Counted from the stretch's first letter, positions 49,476 through 60,281 are shown. The stretch: DNA of 64,000 nucleotides from an uncultured virus (IMG/VR IMGVR_UViG_3300031758_000011) (IMGVR_UViG_3300031758_000011:1-64000); one strand, 5' to 3'. Translations and numbers: made by a program. The notes: generated by a model from the sequence alone, not told the origin.

Positions 49476-52166
49476 ATGGCTAAAAAGATTAAAGTACCTG
49501 GGTATTCTAAAAAAACAATATACAATAGAAATATAGAATACTCTGAATATAGTCCAGACCTAGTTGGTTTACAGTTAACCAACAATGGTGGTAACGTTTT
49601 ATTCACTATGGGTAACTTTAGCGTGACAACAAATTTAGACCCTAAAGTAGACAAACAGTATATTACTAATAATTTTTCAAAGTTTTACACTATTGATGAA
49701 TTAACTGCGAATGAAGCTCAATTTCAACAATTAGTTAAAGCAAACGCAAAAACTGTTTTAAGATTAGATTCAACAAATCTTAAAAACCATGCATTGTTTG
49801 GTTCAATGAGTGAATACTTTAGAGTTACGTTAGAAGATATCATTATCAATTGGCCAGCATCATTATATGTTAATGCGATTAATCCATCTAATAGTATTGT
49901 CACTAATACATATGAAGACTATTCGTATGATGTTTTAACAAACTTATCAACATTTAAAGTAAGTACAAATGCTCTTATTAACAAATTTGACATTAATTAT
50001 GTTGAAACTGGAACTTTACTTAACACTTTCAATGAAGTAAATCAACTTAGAGATTTAGTTATTAATTTTTTAGAATATTGTGTTTTTGTTAATGACGTTG
50101 AATATAACATAATTGATTTTATTGGTGCTAGCGATGTTGTTGATGATTATATTTATTTAACAGTTGTTGGAGACCCTTTTTCTAATGGTACTATATATCA
50201 AACAATCACGTATCATATTAAACCAAAAACATCAGTAACAAATCTATTTTTTAACACATTAGATGGGTTGAAAAAAGATTTGCTAAATTTAACGACAATA
50301 CCAAAATATACAACAAGTTTTGAATATCCAGAAAAAACAGAAACTGGTCAATTAATAACTAGAACTAAAACACTAACATGGCCAGTAAAAGATGGTTACA
50401 ATTTAGAATTTAATAGCAACGATTATGAAGACTATGTAACTGAAATATTAGACATGGTCAACAAATTTGACGCTGTTGAAACTAACTTAATGGCTAGATT
50501 TTTGGTGTCTGAATCAATATCTAGTTTTGATACATTACCAGTACATTTAGATGAATTACACCAAGACACTACTACTGGACAAAAAGTAACAAAAACGTTA
50601 AATATCTATGGTAGGATGTTTGACGACATAAACAAATATATTAAAGGTATTTCTTTTGCACATGTCGTTACATACAACAAAAAGAACAACATGCCAGACA
50701 AATATTTAAAAGATTTGGCAAGAGTTTTAGGTTGGGAATTAATAACTTCGGTTTTAGGTGATGATTTATTAGAAACTTTCACAAAAAGTGAGAAATCTAG
50801 CTATAAAGGTCAATCAGTAGGTATGACACCAGTTGAGGTTGATATTGAATTATGGAGAAGATTAATTTTAAATTCACCATGGATTTGGAAATCAAAAGGT
50901 GCTAGAAAATCTGTTGAGTTCTTATTAAAATTTTTAGGTATACCTAATGGGTTAATAACTTTTAATGAACATATTTACGTAGCTGATGGACCGATAGATA
51001 TTGATTTATTTATTGAAACGTTAGATGCTAATGGATTAGATACGGATTTAACTTTATATCCAGTCGATTCTGACGGTTACCCAAAACCATTACCAAATAC
51101 TGAGGATATGTACTTCCAAAATTATGGTTTATGGTATAGACAAACTGGCGGTCAAATGGCCGATATTGATATATTATTAGGTAATAATCCTCACGTAGGT
51201 CCTTATGATGGTGGTTCTATGTATATTAACCAATTTAGAACGCTTATACCTAATTTTTCAACAGTAACAGTCACTACTAGCGCACAAGTAATTAATTCTA
51301 GTAATCTATTTACAAATTACAATTTAGGTGTTATTAATGGTTATAATGGTCAAACATACATTGATGTAGTTGATGATATGGGACATGAATTAGATAAGTG
51401 TTATGTTTATACAGCTGATGTAATTCCAGACCCAATGCCAACACAAACATTAAGTGTTTGTGGTTGTCCATGTGACGGTGATGATGATATATTAAGAGTT
51501 TGTGTTAATAAATCTATTTCAAGTAAGTTACCATGTGATAATTTAATAAGCAAAACATTAGATGAAACAACTGGTATTTATGTGTTTAAATTATATGAAA
51601 AAGATGCAAAAGGGGTTCCAATTAAAAATAACACAGCTAGTGAGTATGAAAGTATTTTTATAGATAAAGAATGTTGTAAATCTTTTGGTGGTACATCGTT
51701 TTTCTTTGAGAGTCAACTCCAAGAAGGGTTAAACACACCAGATGCTATTAATATGTTTACTAGTGGTAATATTTGTTGTGGAAGTAATAAATGTGGATGT
51801 ACAGCAGCGTGTAAATGGACTATAAGAGAATATTTTTTTGATAATAATGGAAATATAACTGCTGGTGATATCTTACAACCAACTACAGTTCCAGCTGGTT
51901 CTAATAACAAATATTTAACTTTTAAAACTTTTTATGGTGATGGTAGGTACGCTTTAGTAACACCAGATGGGAGTCATTGCCCTTCATATTATACCATACC
52001 AACACAAATAACTGACCCTTACACAAACATTAAAGGGTTTGGTTGTCAATTAACTAATGCTGGTATTGCAGATTTAAATTTAGGATTAGAAGGGTATATA
52101 TATAATTATATAAAAGATAAAATAGAAAATACAATAGGTTGTTGCGACCCATTAAACAGAAGATAA
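49476..52166 (+). CDS. Baseplate wedge protein (gp7 / P2 gpI-like) with a Cys-rich C-terminal region
   Basis: MPDKYLKDLARVLGW..LWRRL..WKSKGARKSVEFLLKFLG is a gpI-like motif. The C-terminus has many CC/CGC motifs. Confidence 0.65.
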   Translation: MAKKIKVPGYSKKTIYNRNIEYSEYSPDLVGLQLTNNGGNVLFTMGNFSVTTNLDPKVDKQYITNNFSKFYTIDELTANEAQFQQLVKANAKTVLRLDSTNLKNHALFGSMSEYFRVTLEDIIINWPASLYVNAINPSNSIVTNTYEDYSYDVLTNLSTFKVSTNALINKFDINYVETGTLLNTFNEVNQLRDLVINFLEYCVFVNDVEYNIIDFIGASDVVDDYIYLTVVGDPFSNGTIYQTITYHIKPKTSVTNLFFNTLDGLKKDLLNLTTIPKYTTSFEYPEKTETGQLITRTKTLTWPVKDGYNLEFNSNDYEDYVTEILDMVNKFDAVETNLMARFLVSESISSFDTLPVHLDELHQDTTTGQKVTKTLNIYGRMFDDINKYIKGISFAHVVTYNKKNNMPDKYLKDLARVLGWELITSVLGDDLLETFTKSEKSSYKGQSVGMTPVEVDIELWRRLILNSPWIWKSKGARKSVEFLLKFLGIPNGLITFNEHIYVADGPIDIDLFIETLDANGLDTDLTLYPVDSDGYPKPLPNTEDMYFQNYGLWYRQTGGQMADIDILLGNNPHVGPYDGGSMYINQFRTLIPNFSTVTVTTSAQVINSSNLFTNYNLGVINGYNGQTYIDVVDDMGHELDKCYVYTADVIPDPMPTQTLSVCGCPCDGDDDILRVCVNKSISSKLPCDNLISKTLDETTGIYVFKLYEKDAKGVPIKNNTASEYESIFIDKECCKSFGGTSFFFESQLQEGLNTPDAINMFTSGNICCGSNKCGCTAACKWTIREYFFDNNGNITAGDILQPTTVPAGSNNKYLTFKTFYGDGRYALVTPDGSHCPSYYTIPTQITDPYTNIKGFGCQLTNAGIADLNLGLEGYIYNYIKDKIENTIGCCDPLNRR

Positions 52167-52179
52167 AATTAATTAAGGT

Positions 52180-55100
52180 ATGGGGTATTTATTTGGTTTA
52201 GAATCACCGATATTACAATATAGAGGTTACGATAGAGAAGATGGCGTTTCTACATGTAGAGCTAATCGTGATACGTTATTTAAAAATGTAGCAGAAAATT
52301 TCACTACTCAACAATATAACTATTATTTAGCAAATAATACCTATGATGGATTAACATTTAAACATGAAGTAATCGATATAACACCAGAAGGTGAGATTCA
52401 AATTTTTATTGAACCGTCATATACTAGAGGTTCAATAAAAATTCTTAATTATTCAACAAATTATTTAGGTAAATATTGTTGTGAAAAACAATTTACTCAA
52501 TTTATTGTACCTACAATTGAAAAATTGAGTGTTGATATGACTGGTAAAAGTTATTTTAATTTACCAGCTGGAACTACAGCATTTTGGGATGATAATACAC
52601 AAACATGTAGAGTTAAACCAATTGCTACCCCTTCTGATTCATGTGCAACAACTTTTAAAATAGTACTTAACCCTAACGGAAATGATGGTAGCATTTTTAA
52701 TGTTGGTAAAGATGATACTGATTGCGTATTAAATATTGAATTTGATTATTTATTTAAATATGATTGTGCTAAATTAGGTGAAATTGCAATGAATGGTCAA
52801 GAAGATTCAACTTCTGAGATAAACATTTTAAGACAACAAATAGCGCAACAACAAGTTAAATGTGAAGCAATCACACAAGAAATTGATACTTTAAATAATA
52901 AGTATAGAAACACAGCTTATTCAGTAGAATGTACAAATTTTGCTTCACTTTTAACACCTAGAACTGCGGTAATACCATTAGACTTTGATATAGCATATAA
53001 TTGTAATGATTCATCTAGAATAGGTATAACAGCTTCTATTTCTAATATTACTGGTGGATATCCACCGTATCAAATACAAGGGACATTTGCATATAAAAAT
53101 CAAGCAGCTGCTTTAGCAAATACTAGTTGGGTAAACTACACAGATAATAATATAATTTCATGTTATTTAGGTATTGATAATTGGTTTGCAATCAGAGATT
53201 CAAAAGGTAATGTATTTACTAAATCTATTTTTCCTTTATGTGCTCAAGCACCTACAACACCAACAACTACGACAACTACAACTGGTGCTGGTGGTACATC
53301 AACTACAAATGGTACAACAACAACAACAACAAGAACACCATCTTATCCAGATGTTGAAACTGGATATATACCTTCACCATATTTACCAGACTGGGAACCA
53401 AGAATTATTTGGTATAATGACCCTTATACTAGAAACACAACGTATAATTACACAAATAAACCTTATGTAAACCCAATTACACCAACTAGAATTGTTTCAA
53501 CAAACAATTTTAATAATACTGGATTTGGTGACATAACAAACATATCACCTTTTGCGTTTTATGAATTTAATGATGTAGCAACTAAAACAATATTTTGTAT
53601 TACAGAACCAGATGGTTTAACTGAATGGAATAGAATAATAGGTTATGTAAATTATCAAAAATTTATCAACGGTGACCCAACGTCATATACATGTGAACAA
53701 GTTGCTACATTATACAAATTACAAGAAACAAATGGTGCTATTTATTTAACTGAATGTACAACACCATTTGGTACTAAAACAAATATTAAAAATCAAATTG
53801 ACGCTAAAGTTAAAGAACAAACAAACTGTAATGCTGAAATAGCACGTTTAAATGCTCAATTAACATCTTTGTTAAATCAACCAGTAACACAAACATCATG
53901 TAAAACAATTCTTGATGCTTTAGAAACACTAGATGTTAGTTTTGTTTTAGATGTAGTTGAATCAGATGGTTCATTAACAACGGTACTTGAACAAGAATTA
54001 TTCCCTAGCATAGGTTCTGGTAACTTATACGATTATCTATTAGAAAAACAAGATAGTAGTGGTTTCTATATCTGTGGTACACCAAATCAAGAAGAATTGG
54101 TTTGGGCTGACGCTAATGAATGTTATTCAATCATTTATAGAAAAGATGAGTTTTATGGGCCATCAGCGCCATTAGGATTTTATTTATTTGAATGTACTGG
54201 TAGAATAACTATGGGTGATGTTTGTAACGTTTCTTCATGTAGATTTACTAAAGATATGTTAGGTAGAGGCTTATACAACCAGTCTGGTTATGATTTTACT
54301 GAAATAGAAACGTTTAAAGCTTCATTATCACCAAAAGTTTTTTCATCACAATGGTTAAAATATAGTGAAGTAATTACTGACACTAATATATTAGAAACAA
54401 TCGCTAACAAAAAAATTAAAATATCACTTAAAGTAAATAATACATGTAGTGATATTTGTGTGATGTTAGATGATATTAAACTTAACAAAGAATGTGTTAA
54501 CGGTACTGAAGGTGCTGTTACATTGACTAAATCTCCAGGTTTTAATTTAACAAAAATAGTTGATAATAAAAAGTCATGGAATAGCAACACATCATATGTT
54601 AACAGAGAATTTGTAATCTCAAATGCAACTGGTGGTACAACTATTAGGAACACTGATTATGGTGTGTTAGATGAAAGATTAGTAATCAACACTAAAGAGA
54701 TTGATTTAAACATGAATATTGCATCAGCAATTGAAACTGATGTGTGGTGTTATGTTAACGATAATAATGATATTTTAAACGTTTATAGCGCATTATGTGT
54801 AAATTCAACTAGTGTAACATTTAGTTGTCCTAATGGGTATACACAATCACCATCAAATGATAGTTGTTATTCATCATCAACAATTGCTGCAACATACAGT
54901 GGAACAATGTTTACCGCTTATACTGGTCAAAAATTCACATCATATAACAATTTAGGTGCTAGATTTTATGGCAACATTGATAATTATACTTTCCCAATAA
55001 CTTTACCTTCTGGTACTGTTGTGGATTCAAGCAGTGTGCCAATACCAATACAGAAAACAGTTAGTTCTGGAAATACATTTTGGGCGAATGATGCTATGAA

Positions 55101-57936
55101 TTATTCCGATGGTAGATTAAATGATGCTGGTGTTTGGGGTACGTATTTACCAAATCCAAGTGGTGGGGGTACAAACTATCCAGAATTTAAATGGATAGGT
55201 TTTACTGTTTGTATTGACATTCCAGAACCTAAAACATATTATTTAGGGTTAGCTTCAGATAACTGGCTTAGATTTAAAATAAACGGTGAATTAATTGTTA
55301 GTTTTACAGTTACAGATGGTAGAAACTTTAATTATTTACATGTATTCCCAATTAGCATCCCTTCTGGTCCTACAATTATTGAAATGGAAGGGTATAATGC
55401 TGGTAGCCAAGCAGCATTTGTTGCTGAAATTTATGACCCAAACAGTTTAGAAGACCTAACAGCTTCAACGTCAACTGGAACAACTGGTTTGATTTTCTCA
55501 ACTAAACAAATGATTGGTAGTGAATTTTTATTGAGTGTGACAAATGGTTATTCATGTCCAGATGGTTATTCACTAAATAACTGTAGTGGTGGAACACCAG
55601 TTTGTACATCTATTGGCAGAAGTGTTATTTCAGCGGCAACTGGTACTACTATAGTAAAAACTGATTCGTGTGGTTGTGGAACAGATTGTATAAGTTATAG
55701 TTCATTAACATCAACTAAATTAACAAACATTCCAAGTGATGTTAATTTCAAAGAAATTGTATCAACTGAAATGATTGACGTTAAGAATAGAAAAACAATT
55801 TCTAAATACGCAACGTTAAGAGCTTTCTATGACAAATACTTACAGTCATCTTTGTATACGACAAACGTAAGTTTAGCTTATACATATGACAAAATGAGAA
55901 GTTTAACAGACATGGTCGGTAATTATTGGACTGATGTTGTTGAACAAGTTATCCCATCGACAACAATATGGGGTAATACTATCATTTATGGTAATACATT
56001 ATTTGACCAACAAAAATTCCAATACAAGACTGGTAATTTAGAAACTTGTATAAATGGTTTTGAACACCCAAGCAATACATCATGGGACTTCTTAAATGAT
56101 TGTGTATTTGACCAAATACAAAAATTCTATTCAACTTGTGGTGGTTGCGAAGGCGGTAATTGTAACGATTATTTTAGTATAACTTTAATAGATTTTATGG
56201 ATGACCCATATACAATGCCTACGGATAAAGAATTAAGTTCATTTGTTTCTAGTACATGTGGTGAATGTGATTACACTTCTTTACAAACTGTAATTGATAG
56301 TCATGATACAGAAGCTACGTTAGATTTACTAGGTATAGCTAGTTCCCAATTTAATTCGTTCCAACGACAAGCATTGGAATATAATGAATTAAATGTATTA
56401 GGGTTTTGTAATGATGATTTAATCCAACATTATCCAGATATCAATTTAATCTTAAAATATACAGCAACTAGCACATCATTTAGTTTCCCTAATAATTTCT
56501 TCTATAAAGGTAAACCAAGAAAAGTAAGAGGTTACCGAAGACCTAAAGCGATAACAAGTTCTTCATGGTATGGAGGTATTGGGTTTGTTTTATCAGCATA
56601 CACTGATGATGTCAGATATATCAAATCTGTTAAAACTGCTGCTGAATTACCAACTGTTGGTAATGCTGGTGATTTAATTATGGTCGGAACACCTACTTCA
56701 CATGTAGGTTACGCATGGGACCCAAGAACAAATGAATGGTCAACAACATTATATACTTATATCAATGATGATATTTTAGGTGAAGCTAGAGAAAAAGAAA
56801 ACGCATTTTTAAAAGCTAAAAATGAATTATTCTTAGCAATGAAACCATTTACATGGGCTAATAATTATTTATTACTTCACCCCATTAAAAAATGGGTTTT
56901 ACAAAATGCGCCAATCGTAACTGGTAAAGAAATTATTGAAAGTAAAGGTTCAGTATTACCATGTCCATATAAAATTGAACCATATGAATGTACACTAGAT
57001 TCATTCTGTGGACCATTTAAATATGTAGAAGAACCAAATTGTAATGATGCTGAAATACAACCGTATATAAACTTTAGGAATTTAGATTTAATGGATAGTC
57101 TAAATAACATGCCAAGCGGTTCAGATATGGATTTATTATATTATACTGGAACGTCATGTGATTTCTCTTCTATAGATACATTAAGACCAAATAAAGGACC
57201 AAACGGTTCTGGTGATTTTGGAGATACAACTTTAGAATATATAACTTATGTAAATGAACAAGAACAAAATATAAACGATATAGTTGATGGTTTATATTTA
57301 GGGTTTAAAAAATCAGATTTCCCATCAGTTAATTATAATCAACCAATACAACCTATTACCAATCTTAGTAAATATTACAGTAGTGGCACTATGAGACGTA
57401 TTAAATATACATGGTGGTCTAGAGCATCAGCTTATACAGAATGGAATACAGTTAATTACCCAACACATGGTGTCCCATTAAGTAGTTTATTAAGTGGTGT
57501 TAGTGATGTAAAATATTTAAGTGCGGTATCAACGGTTAGTGAATTACCAACAACAGCTAGTAAAGGTGATTTAATTATGGTTGGAACACCTACTTCACAT
57601 GTAGGTTACGCATGGGACCCAATATTAAACAGTTGGAGCACTGCATTACATGATTTTATTGAAGACCAAATTTTCATCCAAAGAAGACTACAAAAACAAG
57701 ATTCAATGGATAAAAAAAGAAACATGGTTTTATCGATAAAACCAATGTTATGGGCTAGTGAATATTTTATTAGTGATATGACTAGAAACTGGCAATTAAG
57801 CAATGTTTCTGGTTACACCGTTAATACAATACCAGAGTTAATAGCAACCAACGGTGTTAATTTACCACCTAAATATTCAATAACAGCAAGTACTCATACA
57901 TTATCTGGCTTTACTGCAACAACAATAATATATTAA
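52180..57936 (+). CDS. Giant Cys-rich fibre or receptor-binding protein
   Basis: 1918 aa with coiled coils, a Thr-rich linker, a PA14-like beta-sandwich flanked by SCPxGY repeats and a duplicated C-terminal module. Confidence 0.6.
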   Translation: MGYLFGLESPILQYRGYDREDGVSTCRANRDTLFKNVAENFTTQQYNYYLANNTYDGLTFKHEVIDITPEGEIQIFIEPSYTRGSIKILNYSTNYLGKYCCEKQFTQFIVPTIEKLSVDMTGKSYFNLPAGTTAFWDDNTQTCRVKPIATPSDSCATTFKIVLNPNGNDGSIFNVGKDDTDCVLNIEFDYLFKYDCAKLGEIAMNGQEDSTSEINILRQQIAQQQVKCEAITQEIDTLNNKYRNTAYSVECTNFASLLTPRTAVIPLDFDIAYNCNDSSRIGITASISNITGGYPPYQIQGTFAYKNQAAALANTSWVNYTDNNIISCYLGIDNWFAIRDSKGNVFTKSIFPLCAQAPTTPTTTTTTTGAGGTSTTNGTTTTTTRTPSYPDVETGYIPSPYLPDWEPRIIWYNDPYTRNTTYNYTNKPYVNPITPTRIVSTNNFNNTGFGDITNISPFAFYEFNDVATKTIFCITEPDGLTEWNRIIGYVNYQKFINGDPTSYTCEQVATLYKLQETNGAIYLTECTTPFGTKTNIKNQIDAKVKEQTNCNAEIARLNAQLTSLLNQPVTQTSCKTILDALETLDVSFVLDVVESDGSLTTVLEQELFPSIGSGNLYDYLLEKQDSSGFYICGTPNQEELVWADANECYSIIYRKDEFYGPSAPLGFYLFECTGRITMGDVCNVSSCRFTKDMLGRGLYNQSGYDFTEIETFKASLSPKVFSSQWLKYSEVITDTNILETIANKKIKISLKVNNTCSDICVMLDDIKLNKECVNGTEGAVTLTKSPGFNLTKIVDNKKSWNSNTSYVNREFVISNATGGTTIRNTDYGVLDERLVINTKEIDLNMNIASAIETDVWCYVNDNNDILNVYSALCVNSTSVTFSCPNGYTQSPSNDSCYSSSTIAATYSGTMFTAYTGQKFTSYNNLGARFYGNIDNYTFPITLPSGTVVDSSSVPIPIQKTVSSGNTFWANDAMNYSDGRLNDAGVWGTYLPNPSGGGTNYPEFKWIGFTVCIDIPEPKTYYLGLASDNWLRFKINGELIVSFTVTDGRNFNYLHVFPISIPSGPTIIEMEGYNAGSQAAFVAEIYDPNSLEDLTASTSTGTTGLIFSTKQMIGSEFLLSVTNGYSCPDGYSLNNCSGGTPVCTSIGRSVISAATGTTIVKTDSCGCGTDCISYSSLTSTKLTNIPSDVNFKEIVSTEMIDVKNRKTISKYATLRAFYDKYLQSSLYTTNVSLAYTYDKMRSLTDMVGNYWTDVVEQVIPSTTIWGNTIIYGNTLFDQQKFQYKTGNLETCINGFEHPSNTSWDFLNDCVFDQIQKFYSTCGGCEGGNCNDYFSITLIDFMDDPYTMPTDKELSSFVSSTCGECDYTSLQTVIDSHDTEATLDLLGIASSQFNSFQRQALEYNELNVLGFCNDDLIQHYPDINLILKYTATSTSFSFPNNFFYKGKPRKVRGYRRPKAITSSSWYGGIGFVLSAYTDDVRYIKSVKTAAELPTVGNAGDLIMVGTPTSHVGYAWDPRTNEWSTTLYTYINDDILGEAREKENAFLKAKNELFLAMKPFTWANNYLLLHPIKKWVLQNAPIVTGKEIIESKGSVLPCPYKIEPYECTLDSFCGPFKYVEEPNCNDAEIQPYINFRNLDLMDSLNNMPSGSDMDLLYYTGTSCDFSSIDTLRPNKGPNGSGDFGDTTLEYITYVNEQEQNINDIVDGLYLGFKKSDFPSVNYNQPIQPITNLSKYYSSGTMRRIKYTWWSRASAYTEWNTVNYPTHGVPLSSLLSGVSDVKYLSAVSTVSELPTTASKGDLIMVGTPTSHVGYAWDPILNSWSTALHDFIEDQIFIQRRLQKQDSMDKKRNMVLSIKPMLWASEYFISDMTRNWQLSNVSGYTVNTIPELIATNGVNLPPKYSITASTHTLSGFTATTIIY
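56668..57622 (+). repeat. 58-bp direct repeat (57/58 identical) in the giant fibre gene
   Basis: The copies at 56668-56725 and 57565-57622 both encode GDLIMVGTPTSHVGYAWDP. Confidence 0.9.
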
Positions 57937-57952
57937 TTAAAAATTTTTAAAT

Positions 57953-58633
57953 ATGTATTTTTTTGACATAGAAGATTACGCAACAACAACTAGAGCAGCC
58001 TTTGACGCTGACGCAAAAGCTGGTAAAGGTGGTGGTGGTATTAACTATTGTGGTAGAGGTATGTACGGTTCATCATTTGAAGACCTAGTTACTACTGCTG
58101 GGGCGACTAGAGTTGCACACATTTTTGCGGTTCATCAATGGTTTACAGCAACAACAGTTAATATTGGTAATTCAACAAATACTTTAGCTAGAGACATTTA
58201 TTATAATCAGTTATTACCAAATTGGTTACAATATAATATAGATTGGCGTAAATACGTTAATCAAGTGTCATTCACTGAAAAAAAATGGAGAAGTGCGTGT
58301 ATTGATAATAAAGTAAATATTGGTTTTACTTGTACAAGCTATAAAGATGCATGGTCTAGTTATGCTAAATCTGGGTCATTAAATGACCCTAGTAGTTATT
58401 ATTCATCAGCTAATGTACCTTATACTGGGTCAACAACATATAGTAGTTTTTCAGCTGACCCATCAACAAATAGTGGTACAACTGTTAATTTCACAATAGT
58501 ACACCCACAATATAATGATTGGAATGATTCATATTATTATAACCAAAACAATTCATTAAGAAAATATATGGGTAGCCTTAAAGCGTTAATGAAGGCAATA
58601 GATAACGATACTTTTGAAGAGTATACAATATAA
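57953..58633 (+). CDS. MYxFD paralog 1, hypothetical, probably virion-associated
   Basis: Starts MYFFDIEDY and ends LRKYMGSLKALMKAIDNDTFEE. Confidence 0.65.
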   Translation: MYFFDIEDYATTTRAAFDADAKAGKGGGGINYCGRGMYGSSFEDLVTTAGATRVAHIFAVHQWFTATTVNIGNSTNTLARDIYYNQLLPNWLQYNIDWRKYVNQVSFTEKKWRSACIDNKVNIGFTCTSYKDAWSSYAKSGSLNDPSSYYSSANVPYTGSTTYSSFSADPSTNSGTTVNFTIVHPQYNDWNDSYYYNQNNSLRKYMGSLKALMKAIDNDTFEEYTI

Positions 58634-58661
58634 GATAATATTTATTTAAAAACAAACAATT

Positions 58662-59393
58662 ATGTATTTTTTCGATTTATACGATTATTACACATATAAT
58701 TCAGATGAGACAACATGGTACAATACTGGTAGAAATTATGTAGGTGTTGGTTGTGCTGGATTTATTAAACCAAATGATTTTGCTGATTATGGAACTACAG
58801 CTGATGCTACTAGAGACGCTTTCCTTAAAGCATTATCGGAATGGTTTTTAGCGTCAAGTGCTAGTGGTAACGCATATATAGACGGCTTTACACCAATAAA
58901 TTATAGACCAGATTCTGGATGTACACCAACATATAATGAAATATGGGTTAATTGTATGTATGATTATTGTGATTGGCAAGTGTCAAAATATGAATTAATG
59001 GGTACAATTAATTTAAATAGATATTACTATAATGCCTTTACAAATCCACCACTTAACTATCCAGATTTTGTAGGTAAAACATATGAAGAATTTTTAGATT
59101 ATATGATAACTTATGAAGATTCTTACACTGGAGTATCAACAGTAAATATAAGTATATATAACCCATACACTAGCTCAGCCAGCGCTATTACTAAAACTGT
59201 TAATTTTGGTACTAGTTTTGAAATTTCAGATTTAAAAGTTAAAGTTAATAATTATGATAATTTGATGAAAAAATTTATGTGTAGTGTTAAAAATATGATG
59301 GCAGTAATAGATGGTGACACATTTGATGAACTACCTTATGATAATAACTTGAATTTTTCACCAAACAATGGAGAAAATTATACAATATGGTAA
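58662..59393 (+). CDS. MYxFD paralog 2
   Basis: Starts MYFFDLYDY and contains MKKFMCSVKNMMAVIDGDTFDE. Confidence 0.65.
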   Translation: MYFFDLYDYYTYNSDETTWYNTGRNYVGVGCAGFIKPNDFADYGTTADATRDAFLKALSEWFLASSASGNAYIDGFTPINYRPDSGCTPTYNEIWVNCMYDYCDWQVSKYELMGTINLNRYYYNAFTNPPLNYPDFVGKTYEEFLDYMITYEDSYTGVSTVNISIYNPYTSSASAITKTVNFGTSFEISDLKVKVNNYDNLMKKFMCSVKNMMAVIDGDTFDELPYDNNLNFSPNNGENYTIW

Positions 59394-59420
59394 AATTATA
59401 TTTAATTTAATAATAAATTT

Positions 59421-60008
59421 ATGTATTTATTTGATTTAGAAGATTTTTATAACTCTGGTGTTTGTGGTGCAAACATGACAAAAACAACTCCATCACAATG
59501 GGAAGATGTTTTTACTACATTTAGGTCAATTATTGACTATAATAGTAAATCGTTTAACGATTATTATTTAGAAGAAATTGCTAATTTCCCAGCATCTGAT
59601 TGTAAAAATAAAATTATTGATTTGTACAATGAATGGTTTGTGTTTGTAGATTACGAACCAATAGGTCCATTAAGACAAGCGTTGGCTGATTTAGAAAGTT
59701 CTTTGGTAAATGGTACTTTTGACCAATGTGGTTATACTGAATGGAATGCTTATATGGATGCTTTTAACCAAAACAAAGAGTTACAAAGACAAATTGTATT
59801 TTTATTAGACACAAATTGCGATGTTCAAGCATATGATTTTAACACATGTTCTGAAATTACAACAATAACTGATGAAAAACCAGTAACAAGTAAATGTTGC
59901 GGTATATATATTAAAAGAATTGATATTGGTTCTGAATTTAGAGGTACTGTAACAGACAGTAATAGCTCATCACAAACATCTGGTGGAATATCAATTGTTA
60001 ACAATTAA
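59421..60008 (+). CDS. MYxFD paralog 3, with an extra C-terminal segment
   Basis: Starts MYLFDLEDF and contains LRQALADLESSLVNGTFDQ. Confidence 0.6.
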   Translation: MYLFDLEDFYNSGVCGANMTKTTPSQWEDVFTTFRSIIDYNSKSFNDYYLEEIANFPASDCKNKIIDLYNEWFVFVDYEPIGPLRQALADLESSLVNGTFDQCGYTEWNAYMDAFNQNKELQRQIVFLLDTNCDVQAYDFNTCSEITTITDEKPVTSKCCGIYIKRIDIGSEFRGTVTDSNSSSQTSGGISIVNN

Positions 60009-60038
60009 CAAATTTAAAATTTAAATATATTTATAGTT

Positions 60039-60281
60039 ATGTTGGTATTATTAAAAAATATAGTTGGAGAAGTTGTAACTGAATACAATGGTTCTGTTAA
60101 TTTGGTTAAAAATGTTGTTTGTGATATTCAAACTGAAGATTACATAAACATGTATGGATTAACTGCTTTTTTACAAGACTTTTCTAGAATTGAATATACT
60201 AGTAGAGCTAATACACCTATTGTTTATGGATTAAAAAACCAATATGATGTTGAAATTAAAGATATAGAAATAAGCTACTAA
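60039..60281 (+). CDS. Small hypothetical protein
   Basis: 80-aa ORF coupled by TAATG to the next gene. Confidence 0.6.
   Translation: MLVLLKNIVGEVVTEYNGSVNLVKNVVCDIQTEDYINMYGLTAFLQDFSRIEYTSRANTPIVYGLKNQYDVEIKDIEISY

Noticed and set aside
53251..53335. ACA/ACT-rich run as a functional DNA repeat
   Set aside because: It is explained by a poly-Thr linker in the 1918-aa protein.
56668..57622. Diversity-generating retroelement TR/VR pair
   Set aside because: The single mismatch is C/T rather than adenine-specific, both copies are in-frame coding, and no reverse transcriptase is in the window.
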